NCBI RefSeq assembly: GCF_018350175.1
Contig: NC_058368.1
Coordinates: forward strand, 159,962,001-160,026,000
DNA: 64,000 bases
Direction: 5' to 3'
DNA from: Felis catus
Taxonomy: Eukaryota
Positions 12,118-26,336 of this stretch are shown here, one piece after another. Each line of letters starts with the position of its first letter. Positions within the stretch are counted from its first letter, which is position 1. The notes under the pieces were generated by a model, which was given only the letters and a program-made list of their open reading frames with translations, did no database searches and was not told the DNA's origin. Position numbers and translations under genes: made by a program.

Positions 12118-14275
12118 TTATTAGGAATTTAATTTTCCTTAAGTCAGCAGAAAGCCCCAAAGCATTAAATTGTATTTCACATTTCAACTTTCTACAGCCA
12201 AACAAACAGAAAAAAGAATTAATGTTAATCTATAGTAACTGACATACTTGATAAATTTAGTACAATTTTGGCAAAAACACAAGCAATCAGACCACAATCT
12301 TTCTCAAAGATAATGAGCAAAATCTATCAAATTACAGAATTCTGGGCTACGAACTTGGGAAAACAAGAAATTGAAGGCATAATCCTTATCCTTAAAAGGC
12401 TATTTAATATTTAACCATAGTAAATATAATGTAGAAATTGTGTGAAAAAAAAGGATACAGATCCTGAAAATTCTTACAGTCACAGGTAGAAAAAAATTTG
12501 TAGCTTCTACTTATTTTCAAATTTATATCTATGTTCTTTCATTCCAGGGGAAAATAATTTATTGATATTAAGCTATGATCAAATACAATTTACTGAAAGA
12601 TAGAATCAGTAATTGCTTCTCTGAAGAAATCATTGAATCTGTCATGGTTCCACAGCAGTAAATATGAAATAATAGTAAATTCTCACAATCTTTCTTAAAC
12701 TCTGTATATACACTTATGAAAAGAATTAACAGTTCACTGAGAAACCTTTTTTCCTAATACTAATTTTCAGTCCAAAGTAACCTAGAAATGGTCTGGCCTA
12801 AACAGGTGATTGTGTAAATTACTATTATTTCCAAGGCCGTTTATTCACAAAGTATTTACATATGAATTGTTGAAAACTAGGGCATTAAATTTTTTACACA
12901 CACAGTAGACTCAGCTTTTGATATAATTTCACCAGACTTTATGACAAACGACAGGTAATATAGCTTGTGTATACACAACACAGCTAAATTCAACTTCATG
13001 TCCTCTGCTGTAATTTTCAGAAATACCACCAGATGGAGGTATTACTCTAGGGAAATAGAGTGCAATATTAAAAGTAATTCATTTATAAAAGTAATATCTC
13101 CTTTTCTAGAGCAAGGAGTTTAGCATTCACATGGAAACACAGACATAAAAATATGAAAGAAGACTTTTGATTCCAAAAGTTAGATATAAATCAAAATGCT
13201 CAGTGTGAACATATGCATATTTTTAAAATCTGGGAATCTAGAGGAATAAATGTTTTTCTTCACAGAAAACAGTAAGCAAAATTTGCCTTTTAAAGGCTAT
13301 GATACTAAGATCACTTTTGCCACAATTTCTAACCAATGGTCACATGGCTCAGAGATCAAAAACAACACAATGCATTTTAATTAATAAATAAGCAAACAAC
13401 AAACCCCACTTACTCATATTTTACTCAGGTCCCTTCTGAGAAATTTCAGCAAGAATAGTAAGAAGATATTTTTCCTGACACAGAATTTTGTTTCTTCATT
13501 AACCCACTAAGAGATAACTCATTTACTCAATAAATTTTACTAAGAGGTATGTTATTAGACTGGGAAAGACTAAGTTTTACCATTAAAAGAACCTCTAACT
13601 TGGTATGGAGGGACGACAGTCACATACACCAATAAATGCTGTTCTGTGCTATTTTTAAGATAACAGATCCAGGCGTATGGGGAGCACTGAAGATACAACC
13701 AAGTCTAACAAAAGTAATTGGGGAACACTGAGAAAAAAGTGCAGTTGATAGAAAAGGAGTATTAAGCAGAGGGGTATCTCTGTGATTTCTTGTAAGCTTC
13801 TTGAGGATACCATTTATTTTTTCCAGAGTACCTAACAATAGCACCTTACACAATGAGGGTGCTCAATAGATACTTGAAAAGCAGACACATGAGAATGACT
13901 GAATTTGGGGGACTATCATGGGCCTATATTCTTCATTATGTCTTGATTAGCCATTCCAGATGAATGGCTGGTCAAAATTCCTTGTTAATATAACTAAACT
14001 CTAAGTGAAAGTAGGAATATTTCCTTTCATACTCTTCAGGTAGAAGTAGTTCTGGCTGGAGATAAAAGCAAACAGCCTGAATCTAGGTTACTCTAATGAC
14101 ACAGATTTATTATAGAATGTCTTCACCTTACACATTAGAAGCACAAAGAATTTATTTTATTTAGTTGCTTTTTGTAGGATTAAGAATACATACAAAGATT
14201 AAGTAAGAAATATCTTACATACTGTCACAGAACAATCTCCAGGATATAGTTAAATTAAAAAAAAAAAAAATACAT

Positions 14276-14498
14276 GAGCCTGGGTGGCTCAGTCGGTTGA
14301 GCGTCCGACTTTGGCTCAGGTCATGATCTCCCGGTTCGTGGGTTCCGGCCCCACGTCGGGCTCTGTGCTGACAGCTCAGAGCCTGGAGCTGCTTCGGATT
14401 CTGTGTCTCCCTCTCTCTCTGCTCCTCCCCTACTCACACTCTGTCTCTCAAAAATAAGTAAAGATTAAAAATAAAATTTTTTTTAATTAAAAAAAAAT
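14276..14498 (+). mobile_element. Can-SINE (SINEC_Fc)
   Basis: Canonical head, body and tail. Confidence 0.93.
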
Positions 14499-15419
14499 CC
14501 AAAATTCAAAACAGTGTTTTATACTATGCTTCCTTTGTATAATGGAAAAACATACATATTTGCCTATATTTTTAAAAAAGGGAATAATGGCAAGATAAAC
14601 CAACAATTAAGTTAAAAATGGTTAACTACAGAGGGCGGGACAGAGAGAAGAGTAGAGGGAACAAGGTCTGAAATGAATCATCAGATTCAAACCATGTATA
14701 TGTTTTACTAAGTTTTTTAAAAAGAAAATCCTAAAAATTTCAAGAAAAATTGACACAGGTTTAGGAAAAAATATCTATATTGAGACATAAAATTATGAGC
14801 TAAAATCGGTGACTAATGTTTCCCTAATAAAGTAATTCTGTTTCAGCTCACTGCTATAAGATGCTCTTTCCAGAATAAAAGTCTGGGCATGGCCCTCCTT
14901 TTTTTTTTTCTTTTTTTTTTTTTTAAAGTTTTCAGTGTTTCTATAATAAAGTGCAAGTACCTATGAGGCCTTTCAGGAATCTGTCTTTGCCAACCTATTT
15001 CCAGCCACTTACACCTTTAGTTCTACAAATGGTAAACTATTTGTAATTCTGAGAGCCGGTTTCTCTTTCCACTTCCTGCTTTTGTACAAGTACTTCTCTT
15101 TTTTCCCTCACTATATAATTCCTACTTGAGCCTCATCTCCGAGGCACTTCTCCAACAAATCTCTCCTGACTCCAGAGTATTCCCAAACCAACTGTAAATT
15201 AGGTATCTTCCCTCAGCACTCCCAAAACATTGTATACATACTACTATCTTGGCTGTGAGTACACTATGCAATGATCACTGTAGTTCTGCTTTCTTTCATG
15301 GCTTTTTTTATTTTTGGTATCTCATCTTTAATATTCTATCATATCATATGTTCCTAGAGTGTTGAGATTTTTACTTGTTGCCCTTTACACCAAACAAAGA
15401 ACTCAATATGTTTGATGGG

Positions 15420-15835
15420 TGGAGTGCCTGGGTGGCTCAGTTGATTAAGCAACCAACTCTTGATTTCAGCTGAGGTCATGATCCCAGGGTCATGGGATCC
15501 AGCCCTGCGTCAGGCTCCAAACTAAGTGTGGAGTGTGCTTAAGATTCTCTCTCCTTCTGTCCATCTCCCCTACTCATGCTCTAAAATAAAAAAAATAGGG
15601 AGGGGGGAGACACCTGGGGGGCTCAGTCAGTTAGGTGTCCAACTCTTTATTTTGGCTCAGGTCCTGATTTCACACTTCATGGGATGGAGCCCTGCAATGG
15701 GCTCTGCACACATGGACAGTGTGGTATCTGCTTGGGATTCTCTTTCTCCTCTTTCTCTGCCCCTCCCTCACTCAAACACACACATACATGTGTTCTTTTT
15801 CTCTCAAAATAAATAAATAAACATTTTTTAAAAAA
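15420..15835 (+). mobile_element. Two tandem Can-SINEs (~15420-15597 and ~15605-15835)
   Basis: Two heads, two CT tracts and two A tails. Confidence 0.9.
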
Positions 15836-16511
15836 TGATGGGTAGATGGATTTACACATAAATCCAAGATACATGGGTTAGAATTCCTGTATAAAAGTCA
15901 CAATTATATCTGCCTACAAGAAATACTGCTGAGCTCTAACATTTTATTTATTTAGGTAATAACCAATACCAGTAACTTTTTAAACAACATAAGCCACTTA
16001 AGAATTATCCTTATTATTTATATTAAATCTCACTAGCACAATAACAATAAAGCAGTAGTTACTAGAAACACTGAATTCTTTTCCTCACCTTTCTCAATGT
16101 ACACAAGAAAATCCACCGTTAAGTTTATAGGCACTTTGATAAAATTATATTGTTTCTTAAAGTAAATTAAATAGAAACACAGCATTTAAAAAATAAAAGA
16201 GCAATTCAAATTAAAGTCTTTTTTTGGGCTTATTTTCATACTCAACTTCAAATATAAACAAGAGAGCAATAGAATGAATTACCATATATCTAAAAACCAG
16301 CTTCACAATTACCAACTCTTACCAATCTTGTTTCAAACAATCTAGCTTCCCAAAGACACACATCTCAGGCACTCTAAAATTTTATCCATAAATATTTAAG
16401 TATTAAAGTATTATAAATGAACATTATTTTTAAATATCCAAAAAAACAGTACTATACCTTTAAAGCATGAGTTACTCCTGAACATTAAAGGTTCACACAT
16501 TGCACTTGCAT

Positions 16512-16795
16512 CTTTTTTTTTTTTTAGTTTTTATTTAAATTCTAGTTAACATACAGTGTAGTATTAGTTTCAGGTGTACAACAGAGTGCTTTAACACTTC
16601 CATACATCACCTGTGCTCATCACAAGGGTACTCCTTAATCTCCATCACCTATTTCACGCATCCTCCCACCTGACCTCTTCTGGTAACCATCAGTTTGTTT
16701 TCTATGTTAAAAGTCTGTTTTTTGGTTTGCCTTTTTTTCCCCCTTTGCTCATTTGTTTTGTTTCTTAAATTCCATAGATGAGTAAAATCATGGTT
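16512..16795 (-). mobile_element. Carnivore LINE-1 3' end fragment
   Basis: T tail then GTTAACATACAGTGTAGTATTAGTTTCAGGTGTACAA...CTGGTAACCATCAGTTTG. Confidence 0.85.
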
Positions 16796-16829
16796 TTTTT
16801 TGTTTTTTTTTTTTTCTCTAACTCTTTAA

Positions 16830-19800
16830 GTCTTCTTAATGTGACAGTTCCCTCTTCCTTTTTGCATTCCCTTGCAATTTATTTTGTGGAAAAAATTAGG
16901 TCGTTTTTTCTGCTTTTTCAGATTTTGCTTACTGTAACTCTGTGGTATTAACATGTTTTTCTGGCCCCTGTATTTCTTGTAAACTGTTAGAACAAGAGGT
17001 TCAGATTCAACTTCAGCTTTTCTTTTAGCCAAAATATTTTTAAAGAGTTGTTGTGGACTCAGAAGAAACTGAAGTTTGGTTGTCTCTTTTTAAGTAAAGA
17101 TAAATTTTAGCTGTGACGTTTTCAGCCTTATCCATCCATTACATAGTTCCCTATAACCTCTACACCTAATTTTTTAGCAGCCACTGATCATATGGCTTTA
17201 TCATCTATTTATTTAGAGGCAGTAAAATGGTAATACACCATTCTTCACTTACCTGTTATACCATTTATTCATTAATTAACTTTCCCTCATGTTTGTTAAC
17301 CTTGAGGTACAGTTCATACCTGAAAGCCATTTTTATTTGTTTTCCTTATATTTGTTAGTTTTGAAAGTGAATTAAGTTGCTAGCATCCTTTCAAAGTTGA
17401 CCAATAGTTTTTATGTCTCATGAACTCATGGTTTTGAATTCTTTGATAAGTTTTAATCCACTATATCATTCTTGACGTCCAAATTGTCCCATCTTTAGCC
17501 CACAGGAAATACTTTATTAGTTCCAGAGTCCTTTTGACAAGACCTCAAGTAGTCTTTGATAGCTTCCTTACTTTCTTGTCTGACAAGACGAACCATGCTC
17601 ATCTTGTGTATTTCCTGCTTCAGAATATAATTCAGCCATTTCATCAAAATGCTTTTGTTTAGATTAGAACTTAAATTGCAATCTGAGTACTAGGTGAGTC
17701 TATTACTATGGGATTGGTCACTGTTTTTAAGATTGTTTTTATGGAATGAACTAATAACATACATTTTTAAAAACAATGCATTAAGAATTTATACTAACAT
17801 TTCCAATTTAAATTTGTAGGTTTTTATTTTTTCGGTTATATATTTATAGTATCACTTGGGTTGAGTTTCTTTGTTCCAAATGACATTAAAATTATTTATT
17901 TCCTTATCTTAGAATGTACATAATAGCTCCAAAATGATACCTTATTAATAATATGATTACTAAATGTTAAAATCTCTTTAAAATTCTTTTGTCCCAAGAA
18001 TAATCCTAGAATCAAATTATTGCTTTAAAACAACTGAAATAATTTATTGCTGTAGAGCCACCAATTTGGTTACTTAGGCTCATTTGCCTTTCTTCATTTT
18101 AGATACTGCTTTTTACTCATTTTGACTTAATTTTGCTTTGTTATTTACTTGGATCCAATGTGAGGGCTACAGAAGTTAAAGTCAAAATCTACTTTCCATC
18201 TTTGTCTCCTCTACACTATGTCGTCTCCCCCTATAGTTCTTTCTTAAAGTTCTAAATGTACTTTCCCTTTTCTTCAATATAAGCAAATTATGAATAAGGA
18301 TATATTTGTATATATCTCCTCTTTCATAAAAAATCATTAACATATTTACACTCTTAAATGATATATATACATTGTATTCTGGAGATCATTCCACAGCAGA
18401 TTTGTTTCCTCTCCCTTTATGCAACTACACATACTCCATTTTGTAGATGTATCACAGTTTCACTTTGTCCCTCAAAGATGAATATGCTTTGCTTCCAAGC
18501 CTAAAAACATGGCCCACTGCATACATCTTTTTGTATTTATGACAGCATATGTTTTGATTTGCTACTTATCAACCAATGTAAACATATCCCTTTAAAGTTT
18601 CAAATTTTATAATCGCCTAGCACCCAGATCCTGATAGCTAAGTACTATTCCACACTTAAATAAACTGGGAGTCCTTTGAAAAATGGCAGATTCTAGAGAC
18701 AGGGAAAGTACAAGATGAACCTAAACTATCCTGCTATACCCAAAAGCAAAAGAAAAGAAAAGAAAAGAGAAGAGAAGAGAAGAGAAGAGAAGAGAAGAGA
18801 AGAGAAGAGAAGAGAAGAGAAGAGAAGAAAGAAGAAAAAAGAAAGAAATGGAGGCATTTCAAAAGAACAGGAAAAAACAAACAAACAAACAAACAAACAA
18901 ACAAACAAAACAGGACATAGGAGCCAACTTGAAGAAGCTTTCATTGGCAAATCTCACCTAAGCATAGAAACAGTCCATCAAAGGTTACTACCCAGTAAAT
19001 AAAACAGGAATCCTCAAGTCCATGCTGATAATAAGTAGGGAGGTAGGCAGACAGGCAGAAGGAAAGACAGTGGAGGGCTCTGATAGGGCTCTGACCACCA
19101 ATTGGTCAATATGGCCAGGAGAGCAGTGTTAGAAAATTACCATTTTCAATCACCATAGAAATACTAGTTTGGGCGAGAATCATCAAGAGACACTAAATCT
19201 AGGGATAGAGTTTGATGAGTAAGATACCTGCACAGTCTCAAGGTGTCTTCTTAGAAATTGTTTTCTGGTGTAACTGATAAATGAGAAACCAGATGAAAAA
19301 CCAGAAACCACCCTGTCCTGGTAATCGAAACAAACATAGTGAATAGGGACCAACAGGCAACATGAGCCTCGAGATATATCTGAGAAAGATATATCACCAC
19401 TTACACAGTACTCCAGCCAGGGATGCATGTGGTATGGGATGCATTACTTGGATCTAATCCGAAGTGAATAAAAGACAAGCCCAAATTAAGAAATATATTT
19501 TATAAAATAACTAGCCTATCATCTTCAAAATACTAATGCCATGAAAAACAAAAAGGAAGTGTTCCAGATTAAAGGAGATTAAAGAGACATGGCAGCCAAA
19601 TACAATATGTGATCTCAGACTGGACTCTACATGGAAAGATGACTAGGATTGACCAAACTCACTACTGACTGAAGATTATTCTATCAATGTAAACTTAATA
19701 ACTATACATGCCTTATGTAAGGGAATGCCTATATTCTTGGAATACATATATTCTAAGGTGTAACGTGGCATGGTTTTTCCAATGTGCTCTTAAACAATTC

Positions 19801-19925
19801 AGGAAAAATAAATACGTATTACATATACATCACATGTATAAATATAAAGGCAAAAAGTTAAAGTAGCAAATCTGAGCAAAGGGTATATAAAGAATTTCTT
19901 GGTACTATTTTTGCAACTTTTCTGC
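16830..19925. mobile_element. Degraded ancient L1M (L1MC-like) fragments in both orientations
   Basis: E.g. GTTCCAGATTAAAGGAGATTAAAGAGACATGGCAGCCAAAT (19561) and CCAAATTGTCCCATCTTTAGCC (17479). Boundaries approximate. Confidence 0.55.
18748..18911. repeat. (AAAAG)n/(GAGAA)n pentamer repeat followed by (AAAC)n
   Basis: Directly visible. Confidence 0.95.
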
Positions 19926-20280
19926 ACTATTCCTTAGTGCTCCTACTCTACTCATCCCTCACTTCTCCAATCAAGTTATTCTAAATCTTCACCCCCAGAT
20001 TACATAAGACACCTAGCAAGATTTCTGGCAGTGGTACATGATTAAGATAGTTGTATTGCCTGGGTATTTTACTTAATTCTACCCCTACTTTCTAGGACTC
20101 TAACAGGCTCTAAAAATATGTAAGTAAACAGTACTACCACCTCTTGGCTTTTTATTCAAAATATCATAAGCCTAAGTCTTTCAAAGTTGTCTTGTTCCTT
20201 CCTCCTGGTTTCTCTGCCTCTACTTTTCTTCTTCCAGATTTTTTTTTCTCTAAGTGATCTAATTTAAAATTGTTTGGAGG

Positions 20281-20500
20281 AGGGGTGCCTGGGTGGTAAA
20301 GTTAGTTGAGCGTCCAACTCTTGATTTTAAGCTCAGGTCATGATCCCAGGATCGTGGGATCAAGCCCTGCGTTAGGTTCCCCATGCCTGCTTAGATTCTC
20401 TCACTCTCTGCCCCTCTCCCCTTCTCACATGCTCTCTCTCTCTCTTTCTCAAATAGAAATAAATAAATAAGTAAGTAAATAAATGTAAAAAAATAAAAAT
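20281..20500 (+). mobile_element. Can-SINE with TSD AAAATTGTTTGG
   Basis: Head and tail; TSD at ~20266 and ~20501. Confidence 0.92.
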
Positions 20501-23500
20501 AAAATTGTTTGGGGGAAATAATTTTGAGGAAACAGAAAATCTAGAACACTGAATCTATTTCCCACATGGTCACAATTGTCTATATCCAAGTAGCACTGGT
20601 TCCTTCCAATGATGCACATAATCACCAAATTTCTGCATGACCTTCACTGGTCACCTCCCACAAACAAGTGTCTTATATTCAGACAACTTCATTCATTTAT
20701 GTTATCGGCTTGGACCCTATGGTCCTTTCTCTCATTTATACTCTAGTTTAGACAAAACTTAAAGTAGCTCTTCACAGATTTCAAAATATCTTCATCACTA
20801 TACTCTAATTTATCCATACAACACAGGGTCCCAACTTTAAGGAGACTTAATTCCATTGTCAAACACTTATTTTCAATTCCAATCTCACCCTGCTGTCCAG
20901 AGACGCCATAGCCCCTACAAATACCCCTGGGCTGCCATGTTTGCTCAGAGCTTACTGCTCCTAATGCTGGCTTTGAGGTCTTTTTTATTGCTGGCACAAT
21001 GAAGTCTTCTTTGAAGTTTAGCAGTGTGCCTATTTTTTGCCCACTTGCACTATTTTATTTAGATTTTCACATGTTTGTGGGTAGGAAATACTTTAGGAGA
21101 ATCTTTTAGCTTAACCTAGCATATGACAGCATAGCAACACCTCCTTTATCTGCACTCAACTCTCCACTCAAATCAGTCCTTTAAACTAAAAAAAAAACCA
21201 CCAAGACCTATAATGGGTACATGAAAAGAATATATTCTCAAGTGAATAAACAAAGATTCTTCTGTATTACAAGAAAAAAAAGTCAAGTATTTTTTGCTTT
21301 TTTATCACAGGAATTGGAAACTAAGTCTGCAATGGCACACAAAGGAAGAATGAATAAAATAATCTTCTAAGAAAATGGCAACAAGGAGCAGCTGCTTCCC
21401 TTACCATCAGATCGGCAACAGAAGAAACTGGCCCTGATAAAGGACTAGGAATGGACTGACAAAGTCAAGAAACTGTAGGTTAGACTCTGGAAAGATAGGG
21501 AAGGAATGCTATAGGATACACTGATAAAAGGTAAACTGCTTTTCCACAGAAATATTAATAAAAGATTAAATGCCTGACATAGTAATACATAAACAAACAA
21601 CTATATTTACTATGCTAAAGAACAAACATACTGCACTAAATTCTCATTTCAAGGCTTGTTCCCTCTCCTAATTACTGTTTTAAGATCAATACCATTCAAA
21701 AGGAGTTCTTTGGAGGAAGTTTTGAAAAAAGTTTTTGACAAATAATTATGGGGGAAATTCAGGGCTAACCTGATTGAATGCTCTGAAGTTTAACCCTAAC
21801 CTATTTTTTCCTAGCTTTCTAGCTCTTTCTTCTCATTGTTAATTATATTTATATATGTACACCCATTTGACAAGCCTCAGGTTTCTGCACATGGAAATAA
21901 TAAATATACTTAAGGATTACTATGAAGATTAAGAGATGTAAAGCATATAGTCTGATGTATTGTGAGAATTCAATACTAGTAGATATCAGAAATTAAAAAA
22001 AAAAAAAATTGGTCTTTTTCCTGAGTTCAAGACCAGAATCATTACTTCAAGTTCTGCTTTAAGCTGTTCTTCAGACTGTCATAATTATAAATACATAAAG
22101 TGTCTATGAATAACACCTATGATGTACTCAAGTTTTCAATACAAATTACTAACAAGGATAAACAGGGTGATTACTAATTGGTGCCATGTGCCAGAACCTG
22201 GATTCTCATTTAATCCTTTCATTTTTTTATAATAAATAAACTGAGGCTCAGAGAAAGATAAGTGAAGAAACCAAATACCAGTACTGTAACAAGTGTACAA
22301 ATTATGAACACATGTGAAGAAATGAAAGAAAATTCAGAAAAATAAAATCCACTAATTTCTTAGTATAAGTGATTATTTTAAAGTAACTTTTTATATTTAT
22401 GCCTTATGTACGTTGTCTACTTGCTCCTCCATACTCACCCAGTATCCATTTTGTTTGCCCTTTAGTATTGCATAACTGTTGTCCAGTTTTCATTGCTATA
22501 CACCCACCCAGCTAAAGATTAGATTTCCTAGTCTATCTTTCAGCTACATGTGGCCATGTGAACAGGTTCCAGCCAACGGGATATGGCTAGAAGTGATGTG
22601 GGATTATTATGTCATAGCCTTAATAAAGTGGCTTGCCTTAAATCTGCCCCTACCCTATTTTGTTCCTGTGGTCTGAAAACGGCAACTAGTAGAGCAAAAA
22701 GAAGCTATGTACTAAGGATAGCAAAACTGTCCCACTAGTCACGGTAACTGAATAACCTCAAGGAATAGAGCTCACTTACCTGAGAGTGGAAAAGAAGTGA
22801 CTATGTGAGCCCCTGTGTTTTGAGGTATCTAGTATATACAGCACTTTAACAGGTTCTCTACTTAACATACTATAATAACGTTTATGCAATAAACGCTTTT
22901 GAAAGAATAAATTCTATACATATACAATGTGAATTCACTGGCTCATCTCTTCAATTAACAGGAGTTTTTAGAAGAGACAAAATACCATGGTAAAAAGTAA
23001 AACTTATGAGAATCAAAGATATAAAGATGCATTGATTCCTGATTAAGGAACTAGAGGTAAGGGAAATGGAATCAAGGGCACGGCTTTATGGAAAGAGTCA
23101 TCTTAGAACTCACTGGTAGTATTCCCCATAATTTTCCCTCTAGAGAATGAGTCATCTCTGAAGTAACTGATAATCCACTCTAAAGTTACTCAAAAATATA
23201 TTCTTTATGTAACCTTCTCCAATTTCTTCAGGCACATCACTGTACCAACATATGTGTTCATGATATTTTGCTCATGTTATTATTCTTTCACAATATTACA
23301 ATTATTTTTATGCATGTATCTCTACATCCTAGGATTCATTAAGTCAGGGACTTCATTTCTGTTATTTTTATAGACTGTTATCTACTTCAACAGGACTAGA
23401 CAAACAATATGGAAACTAGTAGGTATTGAGGAAATACTTAAAACTAAGAAAATGAATTGGTGGCCAAAGGCAATGGCTCTCAAACTTTCTGGACTATGAC

Positions 23501-23727
23501 TTATACATTTTATATCATGATGCAGTGCACACATGCACACGCATGCACACATAGGCATAAAAGTGTGACGAACTACTACTGTACAAGAGGCACACTGTAT
23601 TTTCTATTCTAGTTTACACTATCCTCTCTCACTAAAAAAAGAACTGTTCATAATCCTCTAACATGCTGCAACTTACTATTTAAAATATATTACCCTAGAA
23701 CAATCATTTAAAAAATGAGAAGAGTTT

Positions 23728-23862
23728 GGCGTCAGGCTCTGTGCTGACAGCTCAGAGCCTGGAGCCTGCTCTGGATTCTCTGTCTCCCTCTCTCTCTGCC
23801 CTTCCCCTGCTCATGTTCTGTTTCTGTCTCAAAAATAAATAAAAATATTTAAAAAAATTTTT
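23728..23862 (+). mobile_element. 5'-truncated Can-SINE
   Basis: Body GGCTCTGTGCTGACAGCTCAGAGCC and tail; imperfect TSD AAATGA(G/T)AAGAGTT. Confidence 0.88.
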
Positions 23863-24732
23863 AAATGATAAGAGTTCATCTAGATAACTAAGATCAGACT
23901 ACCTTTAAGTTCTTTAAAATTACATTGTATTAGAAACTGTTATCCAGCTTATCTTTCACTATAAGCCATCAGATAAATATTAAAGGTTTGAGAAAATATG
24001 GAATGTATCTATCCATCTGTATGGTTCTGAAAACCAACTAATGTCACTGTTTGTTAGACACTGAACATCAACCCAACAGTTCCTTTTAGCATTCTAAATT
24101 ACAAAATCAAGTCAAAATTTTACTATAAACTCACAATACAGTATGCTTCTACCACCTTAAAGTTTCCAGTTGCATAAATAAGAATAAAACTGCTAGAAAC
24201 AGATGCTAGGAAGGGTCACATTTAGCATCACTAATTGCAAAGATGACTAGGTTTAGTCATGTTGAATATCAGGTAAAGACAGTAAACTCAAGAGTTTCTC
24301 TAATAAATATTCAGGGAGACAGATGAGAAATAAAGGCTACTATATATATTTGAAAGTTACTAAACAGTAGTTTCATAAAACACATAAAATCTGTTGTTAA
24401 TGACATGACACAAATCTAATTCTGTAATTTATAACAAGTAGATAAAGCTTAACTGATGACATTTATGTTTTCCCCATAAGTATTTCCTACCATAAGTCTA
24501 ATCTATGTAGAAATTACGACATTTCAAAATAAATGAGTGGGAGAATTTAGAAATTAAACTAGATTGCCCATGAGATGAAATGTGTTGAAGCTAGATGATG
24601 TGTACATGAGGGTTCATTTTACTACTGGTCACTACTTTTGCATATGCTTAAGATTATCCTCAACTTTTAAGTTAACAGTAATAATAAAATAAAATGACTA
24701 TATTTAAAAGTTTAATTTTAAAGAGATTATCT

Positions 24733-24901
24733 AGGAACACCTTGGTGACTCAGTCAGTTAAGCGTCTGACTCTTGATTTCAGCTCAGGTCATGAGATCAG
24801 CCCCACATCAGGCTCCACATGTATGAAGCCTGCTTCAGATTCTCTCTCTCCCTCTGCCCCTTTCCCTCACTGGCGTGAGCTCGCTTGCTTGCTCCCTCTC
24901 T

Positions 24902-24946
<45 letters not shown>

Positions 24947-25220
24947 ATTAAAGAAATAAACATTCAAGAGATTATCCATTTGATTAATTTGTTTTAAAAA
25001 AGATTTTCGAGGGGCTCCTGGGTGGCTCAGCCGGTTGAGCCTCCGATTGCAGCTCAGGTCATGATCTCATGGTCATGAGTTCAAGCCCCAAGCTTGGCTC
25101 TGAGCAGACACCTCAGAGCCTGGAGCTTACTTCAGATTCTGTCTCCCTCTCTCTCTTCCCCTCCCCCACTCACTCACACTCTCTCTCTCTCAAAAATAAC
25201 CATTAAAAAAATTAAAAAAC
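24733..25220 (+). mobile_element. Two Can-SINEs (~24733-24962 and ~25010-25220)
   Basis: Heads, CT tracts and tails. Confidence 0.9.
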
Positions 25221-26084
25221 AAAGATTTTTGAAACATGTATTGTATATACTTTTTATTACTTTAATGAATACTACTACAAAAACTAAGTTCCCAGCACTA
25301 TATGCTTTACTAACAAAGTTATTTATAGTATTTCATCACTCTGCAGATACCCATGGGAGTGTACTGCACACAACAGAAACCTCCACTTACTGTGAACCAT
25401 TCAATTAAAAAAAATGTTTTAAGTAAAATCACCAAAGTAGTATAACATGACTAAGACAAACTACCAAACCCTAAGTCAATCCTTTGCTATAAAATACATA
25501 CAAAAACGGTAATAAAGAAATTTACATTTTTTGTGCTCATGTACAACTAATTGTAATTCTTATAAAATTTCCTTTCATATACTTATTACTTCAGGATTTA
25601 CTCATTTATAAATGGGAATATTGTAGTAGTTTGCATCAAATGGCAATAATCATATTATAATCTACTTCAAGCACAAAAATAATGGTCTCCTTTGAAGGAA
25701 TTTAGACTGCAACTCCACTCTTCTCCAATGGCCCCATTTCTTTACATAATAGCTCTCCAGCACAGTATTTACTGCCATCTAACCAATCATTTTCCTGGGT
25801 ATAAAAATTTCTCTTTGCTTTTTGCCTAAGCCTGTCAATATACCTCACCATCATAAAAGCCCCTTTATCAAGACTTTTAACACATAAAATCTAAGATCCC
25901 CAGGGTTTTACATGATCTCTTTAAAAAACAACAATAAAAAATTTCATTCTGACATTGGGCTTGATGTAGAACCTAACCATTTGTCTTACAATTAAACTTC
26001 TCTGTCTTCTACCTTCAAATTGATGCACGCTGTCATTCTGTTTGTATTGACTATAACCACCTGACACTGCCAATACTTGACTTA

Positions 26085-26336
26085 GGGGGCTGGGTGGCTC
26101 AGTCGGTTAGGCATCCGACTCTTGGTTTCATCTTAGGTCATGATCTCACGGTTCATGAGTTCAAGCCTTGTGGTGGGCTCTACACTGGCAGCACAGAGCC
26201 TGCTTGGAATTCTCTTTCTCTCCCTCTTGAAAGAAAAAAAGAAAAAAGAAAAAGAAAGGAAGGAGGGAGGGAGAGAAAGGAAGGAGGGATGGAGGGAGGG
26301 AAAGAAGGGGGGAGGGGGAGGGAGGGAGGGAAGGAG
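26085..26336 (+). mobile_element. Can-SINE ending in a purine-only low-complexity tract
   Basis: Head at 26085; A/G-only tract ~26229-26336. Confidence 0.88.
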
